Below are positions 48,691-58,818 of a DNA stretch of 64,000 nucleotides, piece by piece. The translations under genes were made by a program, and so were the position numbers. The DNA comes from a virus. Taxonomy: Duplodnaviria > Heunggongvirae > Uroviricota > Caudoviricetes. Below the pieces are notes generated by a model. The model did not search any database. It had not been told where the DNA came from and worked only from the letters and a program-made list of their open reading frames with translations. Position 1 is the stretch's first letter; each line of letters opens with the position of its first letter. The stretch lies in the IMG/VR virus record IMGVR_UViG_2671181136_000006; one strand, 5' to 3'.

Positions 48691-49468
48691 AATTCAGCAC
48701 TGCCAGTATTTATTACTCAACAGTGCCAATCGCGACGGTTTAGTTTCTGCCAGGAAACGCACCGCTACTTGCACTTTTCGTTAGTGCCAGACGCTTTCGA
48801 CTTCGCTCAATAGTAGAAGGCAAAATCTTTAAGTAGATGATGTTTCTGAGGACAGCACCTACTTTGTAATTTATACAATGTGATGTATGGAATCATTTGT
48901 TGTGAAAACAGGCACCAATGGCAACAGTGGTTAAACCTACACAACAATCCTGTCTTCACAACGTTGAGGCCACTACTCCGATTGAATGTTTGCCCAACAT
49001 GTTACATATCAACGCTCGCCGGTATCTCTGTGAATAGAACCTTAGAATTGATAAAAATGTAATGGCCTCAACGTTATGTGCTGGCTAACCATACCAGCCG
49101 GGCTACGTCGCCGCTTTTTAACCCAGTATAAACGACATAATTGAACAAAATGACGTAACAGGATGGGCGGTCAGTGGCTAAGAATCCGGGAGTCATATGG
49201 AGTTGAAAATATACCAACCGCCCATTCTGTTACTTCATCGGAGGGAACATGAATGTTCCCTCCTGCGTTCTGCAATCACACTCGCTCAGTGTGTCCCATT
49301 TCGGTAACGAGGCTGGAAACTGACCTCGCTGGTGTTTGGCTTATTAGGCTACTGCCAGATAGACTTCTTCGTTTGCACTTGTATTTAAGTTCAAACAGTC
49401 GCGTCTCAACGAAAACAAAGTCATCTTATACACAAAAGATAAGTAAGTAAATACTTATCAATATGTTT

Positions 49469-49759
49469 TTATTCGGTTGTGACTTTTTTGATCAAGGCCA
49501 CTCTACGACTAGGTGTTCTTGTAATGGTGGCAGTGAATCGTTTCGCTTGGATAGTAATGGTTTCGTTCTCCTTAAGTTGCCCGTAGCGAGTTTCCACCAG
49601 GGTGCCAAGACGCCACAGACCATCATCGATACGTTTATGACTAGCAAATTTAATCAGCAACAGTTTTACGACTAACTGACCTACGTAAAAGGCGAATGCG
49701 ACTCCGGCCGCTAAGAAATAGGTGGCCAACCACCATTCCCAAGAAGTTAAATTGCTCAT
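49469..49759 (-). CDS. membrane protein, hypothetical
   Basis: 96 aa, N-terminal hydrophobic helix. Confidence 0.35.
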   Translation of the reverse strand: MSNLTSWEWWLATYFLAAGVAFAFYVGQLVVKLLLIKFASHKRIDDGLWRLGTLVETRYGQLKENETITIQAKRFTATITRTPSRRVALIKKVTTE

Positions 49760-49904
49760 TTTTTCACCTTTGTTTCATGAACTACCCGATACACACGCTT
49801 TCCGATGCACAGTGTTTTGGTTTTAAGTTCCTGCTTAATTAAATCACGACAGATGCCGAAGCCGATAAGGAAGCCACCCATAAAAGCTAATGAGATGTAT
49901 GGAA

Positions 49905-50120
49905 TCATTTTAACGCTCCTGATTCTACTAATTGCTGTAGCAATACTTTCCCTTTATCAGTTAACTGGTAGTTGGCCGAACACCACGTTTCAGAAACGTT
50001 TGCAACCAACCCTAAACGCTCTAACTTAGCTCGCGTTTTAGGCTTCCAGTACTCAGGGAACTCCGGCCACTTACTGATTTCATGAAGCGTTTCCTTCTCC
50101 CGTTTACTTAATACGATCAT
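49905..50120 (-). CDS. hypothetical protein
   Basis: 71-aa ORF; competing plus-strand ORF 49805-50029. Confidence 0.3.
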   Translation of the reverse strand: MIVLSKREKETLHEISKWPEFPEYWKPKTRAKLERLGLVANVSETWCSANYQLTDKGKVLLQQLVESGALK

Positions 50121-50279
50121 CCTTAATCTCCTTCAGGGTGTTGGTTATTTCTACAATGCGATAAATACGACCGCGTCTTTCTATAACACCGCTTTTAATG
50201 TAGTCATTGATGCAACTGGACATCACCACAATACCTATGAAAAAACCAACTGCTAAAAATGCAATCATCCAGCCGAGCA

Positions 50280-51602
50280 TCATTCTTTATCTCCGATTCG
50301 ATCTTCTGTATCGCGTAAGCAACGCGGCCATTTCAGTCGTGGGTGGCGTAAGCTGCCGTCCGGTGTTTTCTCGTGACAATGAACCTCGACAATACGACCA
50401 CGGTACTTCTCTTTGTTGTTCCAGATCTCATCCAGATATTTATGCTTAATGCCGCTCGCACGAACGATGACGCCGTTTTCAAGACGAATAACAATTTTTC
50501 CAAGTGTGTTGGCAAAACCAGAGTCCGGGTCGCCCGGCTCAAAGTCGATAATTTCACCATCTTCTGAATCTTCGTCTTTTAACTTCCACCAGCTGCGGGT
50601 ACGTTTAAACTCGTAAACAGAGTTCGGATCTTTGCCCATCTCCCCTTCTTCGTTATCGTCCAGGCGTTTCATGAAGCGTTCGATGAAGTCTTCGTGGCTA
50701 TGGATGATATAGAACGGATGCAGGTGAATGTCTTGTGTGTAGCCTTCACTGCGATCGTTTTTGAACAACGCCACCAGCATAGCCAGGCGCTCTTTCAGCT
50801 TCATACCTGTCTTTGCATACTCTTTGGATTTAGCCTGTGCTCGCCATTCCGGTAGGAAGAAGTCGAAAACATGATAAATAGCGCCAATTGCCTGCACGTT
50901 CTTTTTGCGCAATGCAGATACGGACTGGTTAAATGAACCGGCAGTTCCTTCACCATCGAAGAAGATGTGTTTGTGGCCTGAAAGTTTGCCTAATTCGAGC
51001 ATTGCTGGCTTTAGGTGATCGAGAGACGTGATTGGATTACCAGTACGAGAAAGGAAGTTAACCTCTTCCTCGTCAACAATAACCTCGCAAATTACTCGCA
51101 AACCATCGAGCTTAAGACTGCCAATCATCGGCCATTTTGCTTTAGGATTTGGCTTGAAGGGGTATTTGTCGCCTTTTTCTTTATACGGTGACGCCAGCTG
51201 CACCTCGAATTTCGGAATGGGATTTTCAAAAACCTTGTTGCATAGGCTAATCCCAACACCTGCTTTCGGGTCTTTTAAGAGGAAACGACGGAACACGTCC
51301 TGCCCATCGGCGCACATTGACGCCACGATAGACTCAACAGCTGCTATTGCTGCGTTCCCCGTTAGCTCGCGAGAGGCCAGCTTATTCAGTACATCAATGG
51401 CTTTTTCGTCACTTGGGATGGACTCACTAAGCGGCTCTGCCACTTTGTATTTCTTTACCCCAAAACGGATGAAAGGGTTGAGCATCAATGAAACCATGCT
51501 TTGCTCGAAGTCATCCATGTTGGCCAATGCCTCTTTTTTTGCATTGGTTCCCATAGCTTTCATTTCGTCCAGCTTATGCTTAAGTGCGATCAACTTTTTC
51601 AT
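50280..51602 (-). CDS. ATP-dependent DNA ligase
   Basis: adenylation motif I KLDG (SLKLDGLRV), followed by nucleotidyltransferase and OB-like region. Confidence 0.8.
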   Translation of the reverse strand: MKKLIALKHKLDEMKAMGTNAKKEALANMDDFEQSMVSLMLNPFIRFGVKKYKVAEPLSESIPSDEKAIDVLNKLASRELTGNAAIAAVESIVASMCADGQDVFRRFLLKDPKAGVGISLCNKVFENPIPKFEVQLASPYKEKGDKYPFKPNPKAKWPMIGSLKLDGLRVICEVIVDEEEVNFLSRTGNPITSLDHLKPAMLELGKLSGHKHIFFDGEGTAGSFNQSVSALRKKNVQAIGAIYHVFDFFLPEWRAQAKSKEYAKTGMKLKERLAMLVALFKNDRSEGYTQDIHLHPFYIIHSHEDFIERFMKRLDDNEEGEMGKDPNSVYEFKRTRSWWKLKDEDSEDGEIIDFEPGDPDSGFANTLGKIVIRLENGVIVRASGIKHKYLDEIWNNKEKYRGRIVEVHCHEKTPDGSLRHPRLKWPRCLRDTEDRIGDKE

Positions 51603-52081
51603 TGTTGTTTTACCTCCATATGTTGATCGATTTGCTCATGTGTTTCTTTTGTTGTTTCTTCAAGCAACGCCGCATACACGTCAGTGATCGCTGTTTGTGA
51701 TGTGGTGCTCTTCTTAACCATGCTATTAATCGTTACACTGTCACGTTTTCGTTTTAAAGTTCTGGCTTGTTTATTCCGTTCTTCAACCTCCTTAATGAGC
51801 GCGGTCATATCTTCGAAATACAGAGATTCTCCTTTACGAATCTCTTCAACCATCATTTTTAACGCCTTGCATTTGCCTGCTTTGATAGCGGTTGCGCACG
51901 ACTGGAATGAAGTTCGAGGAAGACGGTTTTCTTTGAAGGCAAGAATGGTGTGCTGGCAAACGGAGTAGCTGCAATATGCCGACTCACCGTTTATCTTTAC
52001 TTCCTCACAACGAAGTGAATAACCATTATTTCCTGAAATAGAGGGGATTTTTGACAAATCAGCTTTCACAACTACCGCCAT
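51599..52081 (-). CDS. hypothetical protein
   Basis: 160-aa ORF. Confidence 0.35.
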   Translation of the reverse strand: MAVVVKADLSKIPSISGNNGYSLRCEEVKINGESAYCSYSVCQHTILAFKENRLPRTSFQSCATAIKAGKCKALKMMVEEIRKGESLYFEDMTALIKEVEERNKQARTLKRKRDSVTINSMVKKSTTSQTAITDVYAALLEETTKETHEQIDQHMEVKQQ

Positions 52082-52136
52082 AAATAATCTTGTACTTACC
52101 TATCGTTATTTGCGTAAAAAACGACGCGCGGAGAGA

Positions 52137-52919
52137 TTACCAACTTCCCCAGCTAATCATCTTGCGCTGATCGCTTTCTAAGCGATAGGGGACAAGAAGC
52201 TCTGTGACATGATTGGTGGCGTATGATTTAGCCTCTTGCTCTATCATCGGTAATTCGTTAGCAATCCTGACCATCTTCCCAGCAAACTCCGCCATTACGC
52301 CATCACATGCCTTCCCAGCATCAATAACGATATGCACCAGATCCAACTGGCTTTTGCACATGTCGCAAAGAGACGCATACTCACTCTCTCTGATTACATT
52401 TACGGCATCATTAGCCCCTTTATTAAGCAAGACTTCCAACAGGTTTGTCGGGGTAACGAAATCGGCTTTAAGTGACAATGTTCTCTCACCTTTTATCGAC
52501 CGTAAGTACTCTTCGTAGTTTTGCTTGTCTTCCAGCAAAAATAAGCTATGCATAGTTAGAAGTGATTCTTGAATAGCCTCTTCAATAATACTGTCATTTG
52601 ACGCACAAAAAACGGTATTTGTGTAGATCACTTTGCCATCCATCCATGCCCCAACCTGCACTTTAAGACTGATCGGGTTTTCTTTGCTAATAAAAACAAC
52701 TAATGCAGAACGCCGTGCACAAGAAGGTTCACCCCATACGTGTAACTTAACCTTCAGATAAGGTAGCCCCGGTAGCGGGATCTCGACCAAACGAGTGGCG
52801 ATATGATCCATTGCTGTTTTTACGGCTTTTTCAATGATGTCTAGCCGATTGCTCTCGCTGATTTCTAAACCAGTTTTATCAATGATGTCGCAGGCTAATT
52901 TCTGAATTTCGTCTTTCAT
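52137..52919 (-). CDS. hypothetical protein
   Basis: 260-aa ORF. Confidence 0.4.
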   Translation of the reverse strand: MKDEIQKLACDIIDKTGLEISESNRLDIIEKAVKTAMDHIATRLVEIPLPGLPYLKVKLHVWGEPSCARRSALVVFISKENPISLKVQVGAWMDGKVIYTNTVFCASNDSIIEEAIQESLLTMHSLFLLEDKQNYEEYLRSIKGERTLSLKADFVTPTNLLEVLLNKGANDAVNVIRESEYASLCDMCKSQLDLVHIVIDAGKACDGVMAEFAGKMVRIANELPMIEQEAKSYATNHVTELLVPYRLESDQRKMISWGSW

Positions 52920-52994
52920 ACCAACTCCTAGCTAACAGATGAAAGTATTCTCACAGAAAGATAAGTAATCATCTACTTATTTTAAAGGTGATTG

Positions 52995-54176
52995 TTATGA
53001 TAGAGCCTTAATGCCCAAAACCTTGCTTTGCAACTCCAACTGTTTGGTATACGGTTTTGCCCGATAATAGGCTTTGATGATTTGCTCTGGCGTTGCATCG
53101 CCCGGGTCGAGTCCTTCCTCGCCCAAACACGCCACTTTGACATTAAGACCAATACTGGTCAGTCGCCTGGCTGCGGCCATCGTGTTGCGTATAGCTTGCT
53201 TTTCACTATCCCACATCATGATCACATTACGTAATCCACGCGCCTTGAGCGTCAGGAACGCGCCCAACTGATCTTCTGCATCCTGAGTGGTGTTGCCAGA
53301 TAGATGCATCCCGAACGTTCCTATTGGCTCCACGTAATCACGTAATGTTTCTTCGTCGAAAATAGCTCGTTTGACCCCCATAACATCGAACGCACCCTCA
53401 CAGACAACTACAGTCTGTTTGCCGACTGCATTATGGCCGTTGTAGAGAAATTTACCTGAAGCTGGAAGTTGCATAGGAAAGAGGTAGCGGCGTTCTGCTG
53501 TACCGGTAATGTCTCGTCCCTGAAATGTCTTCATTACCCCATCCAGATCGTAAACCGGTATCAGTATTCGCATATCGAATATCTGTCCTTTAACCTGATC
53601 TGTATACGGATCTACATAGGCGTGCTTGCCTTCGACGCAGTATCGTAGGTCAAAATACTTTGCCATTTCAGGCGATATGTTTCGTTCAACCAGATAGTCT
53701 GGAAGACGGCCATCTATAGGAAGCTCGTAATGACGAGGGAGTGCAACTGGCTCCTCTAACTCGACTGTGCTTGCAAGCACTAGCTCTTCTTTCTTTGGTG
53801 CCCACCCCTGGGAAAGAAGGGCGTTCTGCACATATTCCTCGAACTGTCGTCGTGATTTGCCGCTGTAGTGCTTGAGGAAGACCAGCTTATTGAACTGAAT
53901 CTCTTCGGGATGATCACCAGCGAAGCATTTACCGACGCCACTGGTCAGATTGAAATATACCTTCCAGTTGGAGCTGCCACATACCGGACACTCCTTGATA
54001 TTCACTTCACGACCGCGAGTACTCACGCCTCCACGTCGATAAACGATACCTTCAGTATCCAACCATTGTTCAAAATCTAATTCGGTAATTAGCTCTTTCA
54101 GCTCGCTCACGATAATTCCACTTTTAACAGGCAATATTGTGACCAACCTAAATGTTGATATAACATAAAGGCTCAT
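52995..54176 (-). CDS. DNA primase (zinc-ribbon + Toprim)
   Basis: CPVCGSS...C zinc ribbon, Toprim VVVCEGAFDVMG; start set to internal ATG 54176 which has the conserved upstream motif. Confidence 0.65.
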   Translation of the reverse strand: MSLYVISTFRLVTILPVKSGIIVSELKELITELDFEQWLDTEGIVYRRGGVSTRGREVNIKECPVCGSSNWKVYFNLTSGVGKCFAGDHPEEIQFNKLVFLKHYSGKSRRQFEEYVQNALLSQGWAPKKEELVLASTVELEEPVALPRHYELPIDGRLPDYLVERNISPEMAKYFDLRYCVEGKHAYVDPYTDQVKGQIFDMRILIPVYDLDGVMKTFQGRDITGTAERRYLFPMQLPASGKFLYNGHNAVGKQTVVVCEGAFDVMGVKRAIFDEETLRDYVEPIGTFGMHLSGNTTQDAEDQLGAFLTLKARGLRNVIMMWDSEKQAIRNTMAAARRLTSIGLNVKVACLGEEGLDPGDATPEQIIKAYYRAKPYTKQLELQSKVLGIKALS

Positions 54177-54257
54177 GTGTTTTTCTTTTGTGGTTTGGCA
54201 AAAGAAAAGTTGTTTCACCAATGAATCAAGCGTGGAGGTGTTCTCCACGCTTATTTT

Positions 54258-55598
54258 TTAGGTAACGTCTAAGATTCGCTCAATGAAGCGCATTTGTTCG
54301 AGGTTTTGTTTAACGCGAATGCTGATCCCTCCCTGCTGGTTACGTGAACCAGCAAAGTAGAGACGAGCCTCTCCTTTCGCTTCTTCTTCTTCGGTTTTGT
54401 TGATCGTTATTACCAGGTCAGCAATACGTACTTTTTCGATGTTGTCGGCAGCGTGCATCATTGTGGCAACTTCTGACGCGCCACCTTCACGGTTTGTCTG
54501 CGATGCCGTGATCCCAGCAACGTTATGCTTGTCATAAAGAGCACGTAAATCGGTGTAGATACTACGAATGTTGGCGCGATCATCACGAAGGTCATAACTG
54601 GCACGCATCAAATCTGCGTAGTCGACAACAACCATGTCAGGCACCATGCCATTGGCTTTCATACTGTTAAGCATACGGTCCAGATCTGCCGGTGACATAC
54701 TTCCTGACGGACGCTCAACAACCCACAAACTACCAATCCCCTTCGTGGCTCCCAACTCTGCCAACTTACGATGAACCTCATCGCGCCGTTCCACCAGCTT
54801 GGACATTTCTGTCTCCGACAATCTTGCATCAAAACGGTCGGATAAAATGGTGGTGTGAACCTCCAGCGAGAGATACAGAACATTGTAGCCAGCAAGCGTT
54901 GCGTTTATGGAAAACTCACCCATTGCGGTCGATTTACCGGATTTAGCGAACCCCATGAAGAGCACCATTTCGCGCTTTGCCCAGCCTTTTTGGTACAGCA
55001 ACCTATCGAGAAGAGGGAGTCCAGTTGTAATACTGTTTGGTACATACTCCTCTGAAGCCTCATATTCACGCGCTTTCAATCGCTCACTTGCGGAGGTGTA
55101 GTAGTCATAGATTCCGGTCGCTTCGTTCGATCCAATCTGCTGAACCTTGGCCATGATTGCCATCGCCCCCTGAAAGTCGCCTTTCTCTTTCAGTTCAGCA
55201 GCCTTAATCAGAGCATCATCAAACGCTACACTTTTTGCGAAGGTTGATACCTGGTCAACCATGTACGAGGTATCGGACAATTTTTCTGCAAGAATGCGCT
55301 TAAACGCAGCAACAACATCGGCGAATAGTTCCTCACGGATAGTCTTATCGCGTTTCGCACGCTTAAGCATATCCAGAATTGCAGATGAAGAGGGCGCGCT
55401 CTTGTACATACGGTAATAGCCCGAAACCATATTAACCAATATGGCATTGGCCGCATTGGCAAACTGGCTAGGCACAACCAGATCTCCCGCACGAGTAAGA
55501 AACTCGTGATCACGACAAAAATATGCCGTCAGTCTGTTCTGGAAATCTTCATCAAACTCTTCGGACAGCCCGCGTCCTGTATGGCAAAGTTCGGTCAT
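54258..55598 (-). CDS. DnaB-like replicative helicase
   Basis: Walker A GFAKSGKST, Walker B VVVDYADLM, RecA-like core in C-terminal half. Confidence 0.75.
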   Translation of the reverse strand: MTELCHTGRGLSEEFDEDFQNRLTAYFCRDHEFLTRAGDLVVPSQFANAANAILVNMVSGYYRMYKSAPSSSAILDMLKRAKRDKTIREELFADVVAAFKRILAEKLSDTSYMVDQVSTFAKSVAFDDALIKAAELKEKGDFQGAMAIMAKVQQIGSNEATGIYDYYTSASERLKAREYEASEEYVPNSITTGLPLLDRLLYQKGWAKREMVLFMGFAKSGKSTAMGEFSINATLAGYNVLYLSLEVHTTILSDRFDARLSETEMSKLVERRDEVHRKLAELGATKGIGSLWVVERPSGSMSPADLDRMLNSMKANGMVPDMVVVDYADLMRASYDLRDDRANIRSIYTDLRALYDKHNVAGITASQTNREGGASEVATMMHAADNIEKVRIADLVITINKTEEEEAKGEARLYFAGSRNQQGGISIRVKQNLEQMRFIERILDVT

Positions 55599-55641
55599 GT
55601 GCTTTCCTTTGTTTTTTAAACAAATTGTTTTCTAGTATTAG

Positions 55642-56391
55642 TTAATTAGATAGGGGATCAATAAACCGCCGTGCTTCTTCCAGTTCTTCTGGAAAGTGGG
55701 CGGAAATAAGGCGCTCTGGAACGATTTCCATTAGCCAGATAGCGGAGAAAATTGCGCGTATGCGCTTGCTGCGAGGGATGGTGCGCAAACGCTCCAGAAT
55801 CCACTCAAAATAGCTTTCCTGAATCGGGTTGAACTGCATGTCTCCCATATGCTTAAAGCTAACCAGAGAGTCATCCAGACGGGTTGTTGCGCGTCTGGCT
55901 AATTTCTCTTCAAATATCTCAATCAGTTCTGGCTGCCATAAATGCTGTGGGCGCGGCAGCTTGTCCCACAGCCGTCGTGCAGCTGCGGAAAGAACGGTGG
56001 AGATAAAGTAGTCGTATGAGCAGCAATAGCGGTCAGCAAACTGGCGTGCTTTCCATAGAGACGTTTTATTGGCAGTCGACAACTCCTGATAAGGCAGGCG
56101 TTTTAACCCGGTGGTGAACGGAGCTGTTTCAAAGTGTTCGCGACCGTGCGTCAGCATGATATTTGAGTACTGACGTTTGTATGCCTCCGTAAACAGACAG
56201 GTGGCCATAAGAGGATGCATGTCGCGGTAATCAAACCACTTCGTCTCGAAGAGTTCAGCCTCATCTTTACAGCGCGACAAACCAATGTTTTCAGCGACCC
56301 ACTTGTCCATAACAGCGGTATTCCACTCTGTCATGAAGTCGTACTGGTCGTTGTCGATGGTATCGAAAAAGATTTGGCTCATGTGGCTCAC
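55642..56391 (-). CDS. hypothetical protein
   Basis: 249-aa ORF. Confidence 0.4.
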   Translation of the reverse strand: MSHMSQIFFDTIDNDQYDFMTEWNTAVMDKWVAENIGLSRCKDEAELFETKWFDYRDMHPLMATCLFTEAYKRQYSNIMLTHGREHFETAPFTTGLKRLPYQELSTANKTSLWKARQFADRYCCSYDYFISTVLSAAARRLWDKLPRPQHLWQPELIEIFEEKLARRATTRLDDSLVSFKHMGDMQFNPIQESYFEWILERLRTIPRSKRIRAIFSAIWLMEIVPERLISAHFPEELEEARRFIDPLSN

Positions 56392-56494
56392 CCGGTAGGT
56401 AGTTACTTACTTATCACAATGAGCGGATGATAGCGACTGGTGGCAGTTTTTGGAAGTGAAAACGGAAGGGAGTTGTTCTGGTGGTGTCTTTTAA

Positions 56495-56555
56495 AAGACC
56501 TGCTTCCGTATATATTTAATAAGTTACTTATTATTTATATACAGAAACAGGCTCC
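56495..56555. repeat. second copy of about 60-bp inverted-arm element (see 10405-10468)
   Basis: CCTGCTTCCGTATAT...TATACAGAAACAGG in divergent intergenic region. Confidence 0.7.
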
Positions 56556-56656
56556 TAATGGATACCAAGAACAACATAATTTGACTCCAACCCCAGATGC
56601 TATGTCATTGACAGATTTATCAAGGGAGATCATGTTAGAATCAGTGTTTTAGCCTC

Positions 56657-57730
56657 GTGGATATTGTCACCATGCGCATGAATAGACTTCCAGGATATGG
56701 CCTTCCCGAACTGGCTTTTTGGCCTCAGCCTAAATATGAACGGAATAAATGGTCGATGTTCTGTCTGAAACTCCGTAATGATGGAACCCTTGCTTGGTAT
56801 CGGCGATATGTTGATCGTGGTATGCCAAACCACGCTTTTGATGACGACTACGATAACTATCCTGAAGCAAGAAAAGCGGCATTAGAGCTGAATAAAAACG
56901 TGAGCTTTGACATTGAAAAACTTCCTCTATCTATGTTTCAAAAGAAGTCATTGCGTTTGAAAGTTGACAAAGCACTCAAAGCCAAATCACGTCTCATGGA
57001 TGAAGAGCATATAATGCTCAACGAAGCAATTAAGGCACACGCCAACGATCCGCGAGTGACATTAAATGAGTTAATAATTAACCCAGATTACGAAACTTTG
57101 CGTCAACCCCTTTTTGACGTGCTAAGCGAGATGCCTTACTTACATTTTGTTTTTCTTCCCAAATTCCAAGTTTCACTTCAACTCGTTGCTCCTAACACTT
57201 GGGAATGTTCATATAACAACAAAGCTAAGACAGCGAAGATCTGCTACCAAGAACGCATAGCCAGAGGTTTTGGTTTATCAGGTGCTGCACATTGGGGAAA
57301 AACAAAAGCGACTATTCGCTCAATGCTTCTGCCGCGTGCTAACCGGTTACTGCAACTCGCCAGCGTAAAAAGAATGCTGGATGAAGCTCTCAGGAATGGG
57401 CAAAAGGTACTGGTTGTTGGCAACTTTGTTTTCTGGTTTGAGGACAAAAATCAGGTAGGTTGGAGTGTTAAAGTTGCTAGCGAAAGCGAAACCACCTCAA
57501 GAGGCAATACGCTCTGGAAAGAAGGAACTATCATTTCAAAAAATCACGGTCGAATTGTCGTGCTGCCGTATACAAAAGAAAACGGTAAACATGTAAAAGG
57601 TTATACCAAGAATGCCCCTAACGACGGCAACGCAATTCCGAGACATAAGGATGAGTATGTCGAGTTGCCCTTTGAAATTTTGGATGGTGACTTGATGTTC
57701 AGTCTGTTCGGTGAGCTTAACTACGAATAG
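56657..57730 (+). CDS. hypothetical protein
   Basis: 357-aa ORF. Confidence 0.4.
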   Translation: MDIVTMRMNRLPGYGLPELAFWPQPKYERNKWSMFCLKLRNDGTLAWYRRYVDRGMPNHAFDDDYDNYPEARKAALELNKNVSFDIEKLPLSMFQKKSLRLKVDKALKAKSRLMDEEHIMLNEAIKAHANDPRVTLNELIINPDYETLRQPLFDVLSEMPYLHFVFLPKFQVSLQLVAPNTWECSYNNKAKTAKICYQERIARGFGLSGAAHWGKTKATIRSMLLPRANRLLQLASVKRMLDEALRNGQKVLVVGNFVFWFEDKNQVGWSVKVASESETTSRGNTLWKEGTIISKNHGRIVVLPYTKENGKHVKGYTKNAPNDGNAIPRHKDEYVELPFEILDGDLMFSLFGELNYE

Positions 57731-57790
57731 CTTTCATAGAACGAAATATTTCTAAGGCTGTCCAATGCAGACCAGCCTTAGAGATTTATA

Positions 57791-58150
57791 TCAACCTTTC
57801 TTCATTAACTCGCGTTTAATTTCATCGGTACGCATCGTGACATCGGCAGCGGTGATCGCCTCATTCAATTTCACGATGTCCTCGATTTCCTGCGGTGACT
57901 TCTCTGCCAGATGGAAAATGGCTGCTCGAATCACGTCAGAACGAGTGAACTTCTCGAAGCGAGGGATGAACTTCATCATCTCCAGCAGTTCGAAGTATTC
58001 GTCCTCCAGTGACATTGTGCGGCTTTTAATTTTCTCTTTGCCACGAGTCGGGCGTCCCTGTGGTCTGACTGGTTGGCGCAAAGGAGTTGTGTTCTTAGCC
58101 GGTGCATCAGGCTCTTTGCGCTTTGCTAGGTCACCCATTTTCATGGACAT
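57791..58150 (-). CDS. small basic DNA-binding partition protein (ParG/RHH-like), candidate centromere-binding protein
   Basis: 119 aa, basic disordered N-terminus, directly downstream of and overlapping parA stop. Confidence 0.45.
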   Translation of the reverse strand: MSMKMGDLAKRKEPDAPAKNTTPLRQPVRPQGRPTRGKEKIKSRTMSLEDEYFELLEMMKFIPRFEKFTRSDVIRAAIFHLAEKSPQEIEDIVKLNEAITAADVTMRTDEIKRELMKKG

Positions 58151-58818
58151 TATTCTTCTTCCTCCAGACTCAACAGATAATCTACAAATTCTTCAAACTC
58201 GGCTTCCGCCTTTTTGTCGCGCTCGCTACCGGTCATTTCAAAGATAGAACGACCAGACTCTTCCGCATCATCATAGACGTTGCGGTTATATAGATTGACT
58301 GGCGCAGACTCGATTCCAAACGTCTCAACAATCTCTTTAGCCGCCAGAATGCGAGACACTTGTGATGGCAAAGCCGGGCACTGGTTCATGACCGCGCGGA
58401 CCTTCACTTTATCGTTTACATTGCGAACATTGTCGATAATAGGATCGATGTCACGTAAAGATTTCAAATCACGACGCTTAGGACGCAGCGGGATAATGAT
58501 AACGTCAGCCATCAGCATCGCTTGTCGCTGAATTTCGGAGTCGAAGCCACCAGCATCTACCACTACAAACTCAGCTCTACCCTGAAGCGATTTTAGGTGC
58601 TTAATGATGTCATCCTGAACGTATGCAAAAGGAATCAGCTCAAGGTCTTCGTTCTGTCGACGGTCTTCACACCAGCTCGTTGTCGTGCGCTGAATATCTA
58701 TATCGGTAATATAAACCTTCTTCTTCTTTTTGACTTTCAGGCAAACGGCAATTTGCTGGGCAACGGTGGATTTGCCAGGCCCGCCCTTTGTGCCGCCAAC
58801 CACAAAGATCTTGGTCAT
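58150..58818 (-). CDS. parA: ParA/Soj-family partition ATPase (small type Ib)
   Basis: deviant Walker A GGTKGGPGKST, 222 aa. Confidence 0.85.
   Translation of the reverse strand: MTKIFVVGGTKGGPGKSTVAQQIAVCLKVKKKKKVYITDIDIQRTTTSWCEDRRQNEDLELIPFAYVQDDIIKHLKSLQGRAEFVVVDAGGFDSEIQRQAMLMADVIIIPLRPKRRDLKSLRDIDPIIDNVRNVNDKVKVRAVMNQCPALPSQVSRILAAKEIVETFGIESAPVNLYNRNVYDDAEESGRSIFEMTGSERDKKAEAEFEEFVDYLLSLEEEE

Noticed and set aside
48319-48743. Three 60-61-aa ORFs (48319-48504, 48482-48664, 48561-48743)
   Set aside because: They overlap the tRNA-Thr, tRNA-Tyr and tRNA-Asn genes; their translations are tRNA sequence read as protein.
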